Source: Acidobacteriota bacterium
GTDB lineage: Bacteria; Acidobacteriota; UBA890; WLXD01
Direction of reading: 5' to 3'
Assembly: GCA_965248695.1 (NCBI GenBank)
Contig: CBDFKD010000002.1
Span: forward strand, 128,001-192,000
Length of the DNA: 64,000 nucleotides
In this document: positions 23,464-32,949 of the stretch, piece after piece
How positions within the stretch are numbered: the first letter of the stretch is position 1
Layout of the letters: the number at the start of each line of letters is the position of its first letter
Notes under the pieces: generated by a model
What the model was told of the DNA's origin: nothing
The model's input: only the letters and a program-made list of their open reading frames with translations
Databases searched by the model: none
Program-made: the position numbers and the translations under genes

Positions 23464-24936
23464 CTAGTTGATGCCCACGGTCAGCTTGCGGATCGGTATC
23501 GCGAACATGAAGAACAACGCCCCTGTCGCGATCACGACCATCGCCACCGTGCTGAACAACTCCGCCACCGGTAGAGCGTCCATGTAGCCAGCCGCGAGGC
23601 CCGCGATCAGGTTGCCCAGTGCCGTACCCATGAACCAGATGCCCATCATCTGGCCCTGTAAGCGGCGCGGCGAGAGCTTCGTCGTGGAGCTCAACCCAAC
23701 GGGGCTCAGGCACAGCTCCCCGACGGTGTGAAAGAAGTAGGTCACCACCAGCCACATGGGGCTGACCTGGCCCTCGGTGACGAACTGCGATCCCCAGGAA
23801 AGCACCAGAAAGCCGATTCCGAGCAACACCAGGCCGAGGCCAAACTTGATCGGGATCGACGGGTTGCGAGCACCCAACCGTACCCAGAGCCCACCGACCA
23901 CCGGCGCCAGCAGGATGATGAACGTCGGGTTGACGTTCTGTAGCAGCGAGGCGGGCATTTCCCAGCCGAAGATCACTCGGTTCGTGAAATCGCGCGCGAA
24001 CAGGTTGAGCGACGAGCCGGCCTGCTCGAACCCCGACCAGAACATTGCCGCCCCGATAAACAGCAGGAAGATCGCGAAGACGCGCTTACGCTCCGTGACG
24101 TCGCGGCAAACGAACCCGATGACACCGGCGAAGTAGGCGATCGACACGGCGGTGATGAGGACCCCGGTGATCTGGGCGAAGCCCACCAGCGTGAGCGCAA
24201 TCAGGCCGCTGGCAGTGAGCAGAAAGAAGGCTGCCGTGAGCGCCACCACCACGCCGACGCCGGTGAAGAACTGTCGCACCGACGCCGCGTAGACCTCCTG
24301 CGGGCGCGCCGCTTCCGGCAGCTCACCGCAGCCCAGCAAGTGTTTCTTGCCGGCGACGTACTGAATGATGCCGCAGGTCATGCCGATACCGGCGGCACCG
24401 AACCCCAGATGCCAGTTATAGCCCTCTCCGAGGAACGAGCAGATCGTCGGTCCCAGTACCGCCCCGATATTGATCCCCATGTAGAAGACAGAGAAGCCCG
24501 CGTCGCGCCGAGCACCCCCCTCGGGGTACAGGTCGCCGACGATCGCCGACACGTTCGGCTTCAGGAGACCGGTGCCGATGACGATCAGGATCAGCCCGAG
24601 ATAGAACGTCGGAACCGCCGGAATCGCCATCGAGAAGTGGCCCAGCGCGATGATGATGCCGCCGTACAGCACCGCCTGTCGCTGACCGATGAGCCGATCG
24701 GCGATCCAGCCGCCTGGCAACGCCAGGGCGTAGACGCCAAACACGTACAGCCCGTAGATCGCAGCCGCGGTGGGCGTATCGAGTCCGAAACCGCCGCGCA
24801 CCGAGTCGGTCAGGTACAGGATGAGCAGCCCGCGCATCCCGTAGAAGCTGAACCGTTCCCACATCTCGGTGAAGAACAGCGTCGACAAACCGCGCGGATG
24901 CCCGAAGAACGTCCCTCCGACAGCTTCAGCGCTCAA
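23464..24936 (-). CDS. POT/PTR family proton-dependent oligopeptide transporter
   Basis: GHPRGL..LFFTEMWERFSFYGM, GTGLLKPN, FYMGINIG and GELCLSPVG; TTG start with GGAGGG RBS. Confidence 0.93.
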   Translation of the reverse strand: MSAEAVGGTFFGHPRGLSTLFFTEMWERFSFYGMRGLLILYLTDSVRGGFGLDTPTAAAIYGLYVFGVYALALPGGWIADRLIGQRQAVLYGGIIIALGHFSMAIPAVPTFYLGLILIVIGTGLLKPNVSAIVGDLYPEGGARRDAGFSVFYMGINIGAVLGPTICSFLGEGYNWHLGFGAAGIGMTCGIIQYVAGKKHLLGCGELPEAARPQEVYAASVRQFFTGVGVVVALTAAFFLLTASGLIALTLVGFAQITGVLITAVSIAYFAGVIGFVCRDVTERKRVFAIFLLFIGAAMFWSGFEQAGSSLNLFARDFTNRVIFGWEMPASLLQNVNPTFIILLAPVVGGLWVRLGARNPSIPIKFGLGLVLLGIGFLVLSWGSQFVTEGQVSPMWLVVTYFFHTVGELCLSPVGLSSTTKLSPRRLQGQMMGIWFMGTALGNLIAGLAAGYMDALPVAELFSTVAMVVIATGALFFMFAIPIRKLTVGIN

Positions 24937-25051
24937 AATCGCCCTCCGATCGTGACCCCCGGGGTGGTCGCGCACGTGCCGGGCGCGGAGCAGCGGCCGC
25001 CGCCTCGGTCGGCCCGAGAGCCTATCATCCCCCTACCGGGCCGCGCCGATA

Positions 25052-26338
25052 TCAATCCGGCGCCTTGGGCAGGTCGATGTCATGAGCCCGCTGCCGAGTC
25101 AACTTCTCGACATCGATGCCAGTCGCCGTCTTGAGCTGTTCGAGCATCGCCACGGCGCTGCCGGTGAGGTTGTTGATGTACTTGGGAATCCCGCTGCCAT
25201 CGCCGCCATCGACGATCGTCAGCTTGTCGACCGTAAGGTTGTCAGCGATCACCCGCGTAACCTTGTCGAGCAACTCCGGCATCAACTGGATCAGGAACAG
25301 GTCGCGGGTCTCCCCGTCTTGCCACTGTTCCCGCATCGACTCGACGGCTTGAGCGGTGGCACGTCCGTCTTCGAGGATTCTCGCCGCGTTGCCCTCGGCC
25401 TCCAACATAAGCGCCTGCCGCCGAGCCCGCGCCGGCGCCACGGTGTCGGCCTCCTCGCGCTTGGCGCTGAGCTCAGCGCGCGTACCCTGAAGCTCGACTT
25501 CCTGCTCGGCTCGCGCGATGGCTCCGGCGACTTCTGCACGCTGCTCCGCCCTGTTCGACTCGGCTCTGCGCTCAGCACGCCGAACGGCGAGCGCTTTCTC
25601 GGAATCGACTACAGCCAGCTCGGCTTCGATCTCGGCTTGGCGCCCGACACGCTCCTGCTCGGCGGCAACGCTTCGAGCTTCCGCCTCAGCACGCGCTTCG
25701 GCGATTCGCGCGTCGCGACTGACCTCGGCTACCTTCTTGCGACCGATTGCCTCGAGGTAGCCTTGATCGTCGTAGACGCTCTCGATCTGGAAGATATCCA
25801 GAACAATGCCGAGCTGACTCAGGCCCGCTCGAGCCCGGTCAGTTACCTGTTCCGCTAGCTGCAATCGCTGCGCGTTGGCCTCTTCGGGGCTGACGGTGGC
25901 GAGCACGCCGCGCAGCGCTCCCTCGATGGTCTGCTGGGCCGTCGTCACCACGGTGTCGAAGTTCTTGCCCAGGAAACGCTCCACTGCGGCCTCGAGCCCT
26001 TCCTCCTCGCGACCTGCCAGCTTGATGTTGGCATGACCCTCGATGCTGACCGGGATCATCCCGGCGCACATCGCTTTGCCCAGGCGCAACTGGACAGGAT
26101 GGCTAGTCAGCGGTAGCCGTGCGACGGATTCCAGCAGCGGACGCCTGAAGCCCCGTCCGCCACGGATGATGCGGTAACCCGACGTCTTGCCATCGGCAGT
26201 GCGCCGCTGACGCCCGGCCAGCACCACGAGCTCATTCGGTTGGCAGATAACAATGTTCGACTTGATGAAAATGAGCACCAGGAGAGTACCCAGCGCCCCA
26301 AGCCCCAACGCAATACCCAGAATCTGTGCTTGCTCCAT
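25052..26338 (-). CDS. Flotillin/SPFH domain protein
   Basis: N-terminal TM, ICQPNE..GR, IEGALRGVLA, YLEAIG and an Ala/Glu-rich coiled coil. Confidence 0.88.
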   Translation of the reverse strand: MEQAQILGIALGLGALGTLLVLIFIKSNIVICQPNELVVLAGRQRRTADGKTSGYRIIRGGRGFRRPLLESVARLPLTSHPVQLRLGKAMCAGMIPVSIEGHANIKLAGREEEGLEAAVERFLGKNFDTVVTTAQQTIEGALRGVLATVSPEEANAQRLQLAEQVTDRARAGLSQLGIVLDIFQIESVYDDQGYLEAIGRKKVAEVSRDARIAEARAEAEARSVAAEQERVGRQAEIEAELAVVDSEKALAVRRAERRAESNRAEQRAEVAGAIARAEQEVELQGTRAELSAKREEADTVAPARARRQALMLEAEGNAARILEDGRATAQAVESMREQWQDGETRDLFLIQLMPELLDKVTRVIADNLTVDKLTIVDGGDGSGIPKYINNLTGSAVAMLEQLKTATGIDVEKLTRQRAHDIDLPKAPD

Positions 26339-26375
26339 GGATCACCAGCCAGCCGTGCTAGGGGTCGAAACCGTG

Positions 26376-27813
26376 CTAGACGTTGAAATAGAGGGCGAAC
26401 TCGCCCGGATGGGGACGTAGGCGCACGAAGTCGACTTCGTGCGTGCGTTTGTGCGCGATATAGGTCTCGAGCAGATCGGGCGTGAACACGCCATCGGCTA
26501 CGAGAAACTCATGGTCGCTCTCGAGAGCATCGAGCGCGTATGCCAACGACCCGGGTGTCTTCTGGATCGCTTCGCCTTCCTCCGTCCCGGCGAGCTCGTA
26601 AATGTCCTTGTCGACTGGTGCCGGCGGTTCGATCTGGCGGCGAATGCCGTCCAGCCCCGCGAGCAACATCGCTGAAAACGCCAGGTACGGGTTGCCCGAC
26701 GGGTCGGGCGTTCTGTACTCGATGCGCTTCGCAGCCGCGCTCGATCCCAGCATCGGCACGCGGATGCAGGCGCTCCGATTCCCACGCGAGTACACCAGGT
26801 TGATGGGCGCCTCGTAGCCGGGCACCAAGCGCCGGTACGAGTTGGTGGTCGGATTGCACAGCGCGCAGAGGGCGGGCGAATGGCGCAAGAGACCGCCGAT
26901 GAAGTGGATCGCGGCGTCGCTGAGGCCAGCGTATCCGTCAGGGTCGTAGAACAGGTTGATGCCGTTCCGCCACAGACTTATGTGCACGTGCATTCCAGAG
27001 CCGTTCTCCTCGAACAATGGCTTGGGCATGAACGTGGCGGCTTTGCCATAGCGGCGCGCAACATTCTTGACGACGTACTTGAACTTCACGGCGTTGTCAG
27101 CCGCCTGCGTCAACGGAGCGTATCGGATTCCGATCTCGTTCTGGCCTGCCGACGCCACCTCGTGGTGGTGCAACTCCGCCCGCACGCCGACGCTGCGCAA
27201 CACGGTCGTCATTTTCGAGCGCAGATTGTGGTACGGATCCACCGGCGGCGCTGCGAAGTAGGCACCTTTCTGGGCTGCCCGATGCGCCAAGTTATTGGCG
27301 GCGCTGTCGCCCGTATTCCAGAAGGCTCCGTCGTTGTTGACGAAGTAGAAGCCGTGCTGGGTATCCTGGTCGTAGCGCAACGTCATCGAACAGGAAGAAC
27401 TCCAGCTCGGGACCGAAAAAGACCTCGTCGGCGATGCCCAGCGATCGCACCAGCTGTGCCGCCCTATGGGCGACGCCACGCGGGTCCCGCGTGTACGGCT
27501 TGAATCCGTTCGGGTCGACAATCTTGCAGAAGAACGACAGGGTCGGGTCGTCAAAGAACGGATCGCGCATCATCGTGCCCGGATCAGGGACCATGATCAT
27601 GTCGCTGTTGTCGATCGCCTGGAAGCCGCGCACAGACGAGCCATCGAGGCCGAGCCCATTGACGAACACGCCAGCATCGATCTCATCGATCGGCAAGGTC
27701 AGATGGTGCAGCGCTCCGAACAGGTCGACGAACTTCACATCGACGAACTCGATGTCGTGCTCCTCTGCGAAGAGGAATACGTCCCGCGCCGTCGTCGCTC
27801 GATCTCGTGGCAC
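26376..27813 (-). pseudogene. glnA: Type I glutamine synthetase with a +1 frameshift at ~27380
   Basis: N-part (VDVKFVDLFG, DGSSVRGF, FGPELEFFLFDDV) and C-part (RYDQ...HHEVA, MPKP, NGSGMHVH, NRSACIR, RIEYR, DIYEL) lie in different frames. Minus strand reads GAC GTT GCGCTAC; one base fewer gives DDVRYDQ. May be a sequencing error. Confidence 0.9.
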
Positions 27814-27816
27814 GGG

Positions 27817-28155
27817 TCAGCCTAGCGCCCGGTCGCCACGCTCACCGGTGGCCACCAGCACGACATCATCCAGGGCGGTGACAAACACGACTCCGAACCC
27901 GCCGGTATCGCGCGCCGCGCGCTCGATAGCGTCCACCGCCACCTCTACGAGCTCGTCGCGCAAGGCGATCTCGATGCGGACCTTTTGGAAAAGGGACACC
28001 TCGTGGACAACCCCACGGAACGAGTGCGCCTCCGCCCCCTCGGGGGCAGTGCCGAGAATATTCGTCGCCGTCAAGTGCTTGATCTGGGCTTCAAACAGAG
28101 CCTCTTTCACCGCCGGAAACTGCTGCGGCTGGACGATGGCCACGACCATCTTCAT
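27817..28155 (-). CDS. glnK: P-II family nitrogen regulator (GlnK-like, highly degenerate)
   Basis: 112 aa, between amt and glnA; MKMVVAIV..P, FRG, KVRIEI and TGERG align with the PII family. Confidence 0.85.
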   Translation of the reverse strand: MKMVVAIVQPQQFPAVKEALFEAQIKHLTATNILGTAPEGAEAHSFRGVVHEVSLFQKVRIEIALRDELVEVAVDAIERAARDTGGFGVVFVTALDDVVLVATGERGDRALG

Positions 28156-28174
28156 GTCGCTGTCGCTCCCGGAG

Positions 28175-29428
28175 TTAGTCGGTGATGAAGATCTGGAAGC
28201 CGCTGTACGACTCGACACCGTGCTCTTCCAGGTCGAGTCCACGCAGTTCGGTCTCCCGTGAGACCCGCAGTCCGATGGTCAGATCAATAAAGCGGAACAG
28301 GACCCACATGGCAATTCCTGTAAAGGCCACACATCCCAATATGCCGAGCGTCTGAATGCCGAGGCCGCCGACGCCGCCACCGTAGAACAGACCGTTGCGC
28401 GGTGCACCCAGTGCGGCTTGGCCGAAGACGCCGACCGCTAGCGTGCCCCAGACGCCAGCCATTCCGTGCACCGGAACGGCACCAACGGGATCATCGATCC
28501 GCAGTCGGTTTAGCCAATCGACACCGAATATCGCGATCATACCGGCGGCGGCACCGATATAGATGGACGCCCCATCGCTCACCACAGCACACGGTGCGGT
28601 GATGCCCACCAGGCCCGCAAGAGCGCCATTCAGAGCCAGCGCAAGGTCAGGCTTGCCGAACTTGACCCAGGCAGTGAACATGGCTGTCATCGATCCCGCC
28701 GCGCCCGCCAGGGTCGTGTTCATCACGATCCGCGCCACCAGATCAGGATCCTCCATACCGAGCGTGGAGCCGGCGTTGAACCCGTACCAGCCAAACCAGA
28801 GGAGAAAAACTCCAAGGGTCACCAGCGGGATGTTGTGCCCACCGATGAAATTCGCCGATCCATCAGGGTTGAATCGACCGATGCGGGGACCCAGCATCCA
28901 GGTCCCAACCAAAGCGGCAACCCCACCGACGGCATGCACGACGGTCGATCCGGCGAAGTCGTAAAAACCCAGCTGCGACAACCAGCCGCCGCCCCATACC
29001 CAGTGTCCTACCACCGGGTAGACGAAGGCGGTAATGGCGAACGAGTAGGCCAGGTAGGCGACGAAGCGCATGCGCTCGGCCACGGCGCCCGAGACAATCG
29101 TCGCGGCGGTACCGGCAAACACGGCCTGGAAGAACCAGAAAGCTGCTAACGGCAAAGTGTCTACGGGACTCTCGGCACCGACCATGAACCAGCCTGTGGT
29201 ACCGACGAACAGCCCTGCCGAGCCGTACATGATCGCGTAGCCGAACACGTAGTAGCCGAACGTCGCGAAGCAAAAGTCCATGAGGTTCTTCATCAGGACG
29301 TTGGCGGCATTCTTGGCGCGAATCAGACCCGCCTCGACCAGGCCGAAGCCCGCCTGCATCAAGAAGACGAGGATCGCCGCCATCAACACCCAGAGAGTGC
29401 TCAAGCCGTCGTGAAGCTCTGCCGCCAT
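28175..29428 (-). CDS. amtB: Ammonium transporter Amt
   Basis: MQAGFGLVEAG, SGAVAER, GHWVWGGGWL, DFAGSTVVH, WFGWYGFN, DDPVGAVPVH and GLDLEEHG. Confidence 0.95.
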   Translation of the reverse strand: MAAELHDGLSTLWVLMAAILVFLMQAGFGLVEAGLIRAKNAANVLMKNLMDFCFATFGYYVFGYAIMYGSAGLFVGTTGWFMVGAESPVDTLPLAAFWFFQAVFAGTAATIVSGAVAERMRFVAYLAYSFAITAFVYPVVGHWVWGGGWLSQLGFYDFAGSTVVHAVGGVAALVGTWMLGPRIGRFNPDGSANFIGGHNIPLVTLGVFLLWFGWYGFNAGSTLGMEDPDLVARIVMNTTLAGAAGSMTAMFTAWVKFGKPDLALALNGALAGLVGITAPCAVVSDGASIYIGAAAGMIAIFGVDWLNRLRIDDPVGAVPVHGMAGVWGTLAVGVFGQAALGAPRNGLFYGGGVGGLGIQTLGILGCVAFTGIAMWVLFRFIDLTIGLRVSRETELRGLDLEEHGVESYSGFQIFITD

Positions 29429-29530
29429 GCAGCCTCCCGGTCCGCGAGGGTGAGCGGTGAACGAATGCAGGCCCACCGTCGCCACTGCCGATGGCGCGAG
29501 TCAATCCGCCACGGGCGATAGCCCCGAGGC

Positions 29531-29559
29531 TGTGTACCGCATGCCATCACCGCTGTCAA
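29531..29559 (-). promoter_or_regulatory. Putative sigma70 promoter for the amt-glnK-glnA run
   Basis: Minus strand TTGACA (29559-29554), N17, TACACA (29536-29531), about 100 bp upstream of amt. Confidence 0.4.
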
Positions 29560-29631
29560 AGCTCCGACTGCGGCACGGCAGCGGGACGAGAAAACCGCTA
29601 GCAGGCCGTGGTGCAGCGTCGTGCCTGTGTC

Positions 29632-30897
29632 TCAGCGTAGGACGCGCTCGACACGATCCTCGGGAAGGTAGCAATCGTAGGAACCGCCGATGCCACCGAT
29701 GTCGAAGATCGAGACCGGATCATCGACGCCCTTTACCTTTACTTTCAGCGCCCCGTCGACGCGCACCGGTGCGTCGATACGATCCAGCGTCTCCTGTGAC
29801 GCGAGGATCTGGCCTCCCATTGCCGTTGCCTCCAGGCGCGCTGCCCGATTCACCGCATTGCCGATGACGCTGTAGCTCATGCGCCGCTGCGAACCGATCG
29901 TGCCAGCGATAACGCTGCCAGTGTCGATCCCTATCCCCGCGGCGATCTCCGGCAATCCGTTGGCGCGGTTGCTAGCGTTGACCGTCGACATCGACAGCTG
30001 CATGTCGATAGCGCAGGCCACCGCCCGAGCTGCGTCGTCATTACCGGCGGTCGGCGCGCCGAACAGCGCCATGATCGAGTCGCCGACAAACTTGTCCACC
30101 GTCCCACAGTGGTCCTCGATCACTCCCACCATGACTCCGAAGTAGCTATTCAGCAGACCCACGACCTGCTCGGGTTCGAGTCGCTGGGCCAACGGCGTAA
30201 AGCCACGAAGGTCGGCCATGAGAATAGAGACCGTTCGCTCAGCGCCGCCAAGCTCCAGCTGTCCGGGCGACTGAAGCACGCTGTCGGCCACCTCCGCGGT
30301 GAGGAAACAACCGAGCGTGTCCTCGATGAAGCAATTGCGCACTTCGAGGTCTTCGTTTAGCGCCTCGGCGTGGCGCTTGGCAATCAGCAGGCTCTCCTGA
30401 AGCTCGGCTACCTCGCGAAGGTTGAGCTGATCCTCGGCCAGACGCGCCAGATCGCCCAGCGCCACCAGCTCGTCGGCGCCGAACTCGCGCGGGCGGCGAT
30501 CGGCGATGCACAGCGTGCCGACGCGGTGGCCCTCCGCCGTTGCCAGCGGATGCCCGGCGTAGAAGCGCAGATGCGGCGCGCCGACCACCAACGGATTGTC
30601 CCGAAAGCGCGGATCGTCGGCAGTATCGGGGACGATCAACGGTTGGTCGTGGAGGATCGTGTGTGAGCAGAACGAGATGTCGCGCGCAGTCTGTGGCGTG
30701 TCCAGCCCGCAGGACGACTTGAACCACTGCCGGTCCGCGTCGACCAGTGCGATGTAAGCGATCGGCACGCCGAACGCCTGGGAGGCGATCCTGGAAATAC
30801 GATCGAACCGCTGCTCCGGCGCAGTGTCGAGAATCTGCAGCGCATACAGAGCTGCCAACCGTTCGGTCTCGTCCTTGGGTATCGCAGCAGTGATCAC
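29632..30897 (-). CDS. GAF domain + class III adenylate/guanylate cyclase
   Basis: GAF followed by MADLRGFT, DKFVGD and YSVIGNAVNRAARLE; the Lys in DKF is consistent with ATP specificity. Confidence 0.92.
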   Translation of the reverse strand: MITAAIPKDETERLAALYALQILDTAPEQRFDRISRIASQAFGVPIAYIALVDADRQWFKSSCGLDTPQTARDISFCSHTILHDQPLIVPDTADDPRFRDNPLVVGAPHLRFYAGHPLATAEGHRVGTLCIADRRPREFGADELVALGDLARLAEDQLNLREVAELQESLLIAKRHAEALNEDLEVRNCFIEDTLGCFLTAEVADSVLQSPGQLELGGAERTVSILMADLRGFTPLAQRLEPEQVVGLLNSYFGVMVGVIEDHCGTVDKFVGDSIMALFGAPTAGNDDAARAVACAIDMQLSMSTVNASNRANGLPEIAAGIGIDTGSVIAGTIGSQRRMSYSVIGNAVNRAARLEATAMGGQILASQETLDRIDAPVRVDGALKVKVKGVDDPVSIFDIGGIGGSYDCYLPEDRVERVLR

Positions 30898-31059
30898 TGA
30901 GGCTCCAGCGTCGACGTGAGCGCGCATCGTACGATCGGCGTGTAGAAGTTTCCATCATCGCGTTTTCGTGCGCCACCATCCAGCCGTCAAGCGTACACGC
31001 CGCCGGATTGCTACCCTGCAACGGTCAGCCTCGGTCGTCCGCCGCCCGCCTGGATCCCA

Positions 31060-31941
31060 ATGTCTTCAGCCGTCGTCGCAGTGGTGGAGCGCATCAGTGT
31101 TCTGGGCGCCGGCACGATGGGTCACGGCATCGCGCAGGTTGCCGCCCAGGCAGGGTACCGCACGACTCTGTACGACATTGAGGCACGCCTGCTGGATGCC
31201 GCCCGCGCCCGCATCGCGGCCAACCTGGCGGCGGGGATCGAGCGCGGCAAGCTCGACGGGGCCGCCCGAGACACCGCCCTTGCCCTCATCCGCACTACGA
31301 CGCAGATCGAGGACGCTGCCGCCGCGGATCTGATCTTCGAGGCGGTGCCGGAGCGCGTGCCGCTCAAACAACAGATTTTCGGAGAGCTGTCGCGTCACGC
31401 CCCGGACAGTTGCATCTTCGCCAGCAACACGAGCTCACTCAGCATCGGCGAGCTCGCCACCGCTACCGACCGTGCCGACCGGTTTCTCGGCATGCATTTC
31501 TTCAACCCCGTGCACGTCATGAAGCTACTGGAGCTGGTGGTGCATCCAGGCACCTCCGAGGAGGCCCTGTCAGCCGCGCGCGCCGTCGGCGACGCGATGG
31601 GTAAGACGTCGATCGTCGTGCGCGACGTGCCGGGGTTCGCGTCCAGTCGATTGGGCGTTGTACTCGGCCTGGAGGCCATGCGCATGCTCGAACAGGAGGT
31701 GGCCAGCGCCGAGGACATCGACACCGCCATGGTGCTCGGCTACCGGCACCCTATGGGCCCGCTCAGGCTCACCGACCTCGTCGGGCTCGACGTGCGGCTA
31801 GGCATCGCCGAGTACCTGCACGACAAGCTCGGCTCCGACGCCTTCGAGCCGCCCCAGCTGCTGCGCGACATGGTGGCGGAGGGGAAGCTAGGGCAGAAGT
31901 CTGGGCGCGGGTTCTACGACTGGTCCGAGGATGGGGAGTAG
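31060..31941 (+). CDS. 3-hydroxyacyl(butyryl)-CoA dehydrogenase
   Basis: GAGTMGHGIAQ, EAVPE, ASNTSSL, GMHFFNP, PMGPL and GQKSGRGFY. Confidence 0.94.
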   Translation: MSSAVVAVVERISVLGAGTMGHGIAQVAAQAGYRTTLYDIEARLLDAARARIAANLAAGIERGKLDGAARDTALALIRTTTQIEDAAAADLIFEAVPERVPLKQQIFGELSRHAPDSCIFASNTSSLSIGELATATDRADRFLGMHFFNPVHVMKLLELVVHPGTSEEALSAARAVGDAMGKTSIVVRDVPGFASSRLGVVLGLEAMRMLEQEVASAEDIDTAMVLGYRHPMGPLRLTDLVGLDVRLGIAEYLHDKLGSDAFEPPQLLRDMVAEGKLGQKSGRGFYDWSEDGE

Positions 31942-32070
31942 GGGCACAACCCGCTCTGTTCGCGAGGACCGCCTGGTGGTTGATGAGTTCTTCTGCTTAC
32001 GCGTCGTGGACGGCGAGTGATGCGCGTCGAGGTGGCGATGCTCTCTGGGCGGGTTGTGCCCCTACTCCCC
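31933..32070. repeat. 138-bp element bounded by perfect 22-bp inverted repeats (REP doublet or MITE-like)
   Basis: GGGGAGTAGGGGCACAACCCGC (31933-31954) and its exact reverse complement (32049-32070). Confidence 0.85.
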
Positions 32071-32094
32071 TGACCAACGAGATCAGAAGACCAG

Positions 32095-32116
32095 CCCCCG
32101 GCAATGCCGGAGGGGG
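32095..32116. repeat. GC-rich palindrome/hairpin (REP-like or terminator)
   Basis: CCCCCGGCAATGCCGGAGGGGG, lying between convergent genes. Confidence 0.5.
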
Positions 32117-32204
32117 ACGGTGACTTCGTTGACGAGGCTCGGTCGACCGCAAGGCTTTAGGCGCGCCTGGCTCGTAGCCGCTGTAGGTTGACTGCGCCGT
32201 TCGA

Positions 32205-32891
32205 TCACCTGCACCGCTCCACCCTGGCTGCGATGCATGATGCCGCGCGCCGATCGCCACTGCCGTCCTTTCTCGGCTCTCCATAGGCTCCGTGTGAGCG
32301 CCAGATCGAGTAGTCCCCCTGGTGGAATCCGCGGCCCACGCGAACCCGGGCCATGTACGGGGAATTCTCCAGCATGTAACCGAATTGTGGGTTGTAGTAG
32401 AGCAGCCATACGTCGCGGGGGCAGCGCTGTAGCGACCACTTGACGTGGAGCAATACCCGCGCCAGGGCGCGCTCGCGAAACGGATTGAAGAGGTAGATCA
32501 CGCACGGCTCGTCGGGAATCTCCAGCCGCGAGGCATCGGCGTGGACGAGCTCGATGCGACGCGTGTCGTTGCCCGCCTGCGCCCAGGCGCGTACGTTCCG
32601 GCGGGCAACCGTATGCAGCGACAACGACGCCTCGACCCCGACGATGCGACGGAACGCATGACCCGCCGCCAGCAGCAGTACGCGGCCCTTCCCGGAACCG
32701 AGGTCCATGAAGGTGTAGTCGTGGTGCCGTATCGGCAGTTCGCCGAGCATGTGACGGAACACGGCGGGCTCGGTGGCCTCGTAGGAGACGGCCTGCCGGG
32801 CCACCTCCTCCGGATGGTCCAGCAACCCGACCGGGATCTCTCCGTCGGTATCGGTGCCGTGACGTGCGTCAAACTCCGTCTGGCAGTGCAT
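32205..32891 (-). CDS. Class I SAM-dependent methyltransferase
   Basis: TFMDLGSGKGR, IVGVE, HADAS and YLFNPF. Confidence 0.85.
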   Translation of the reverse strand: MHCQTEFDARHGTDTDGEIPVGLLDHPEEVARQAVSYEATEPAVFRHMLGELPIRHHDYTFMDLGSGKGRVLLLAAGHAFRRIVGVEASLSLHTVARRNVRAWAQAGNDTRRIELVHADASRLEIPDEPCVIYLFNPFRERALARVLLHVKWSLQRCPRDVWLLYYNPQFGYMLENSPYMARVRVGRGFHQGDYSIWRSHGAYGEPRKDGSGDRRAASCIAARVERCR

Positions 32892-32949
32892 GACCGGACT
32901 ATCTTTCGATCCGTGCGGGTGCGCAATGGGGGTTAAATTCCCGCCGCCG

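Noticed and set aside
27361-27400. Programmed ribosomal frameshifting in glnA (and likewise in the kinase at ~11445)
   Set aside because: There is no slippery sequence, long homopolymer or obvious stimulatory structure; a simple indel or sequencing error is more parsimonious.
29430-29530. Possible glutamine (glnA) riboswitch in the amt leader (CGTTCA present on the minus strand)
   Set aside because: The downstream conserved GGAAGT and GAAGGAACG-like elements and the closing P1 strand are not present.
29600-29630. Sigma54-like site AGGCACGACGCTGCA upstream of amt (minus strand)
   Set aside because: The GG-to-GC spacing is 9 nt rather than the strictly required 10.
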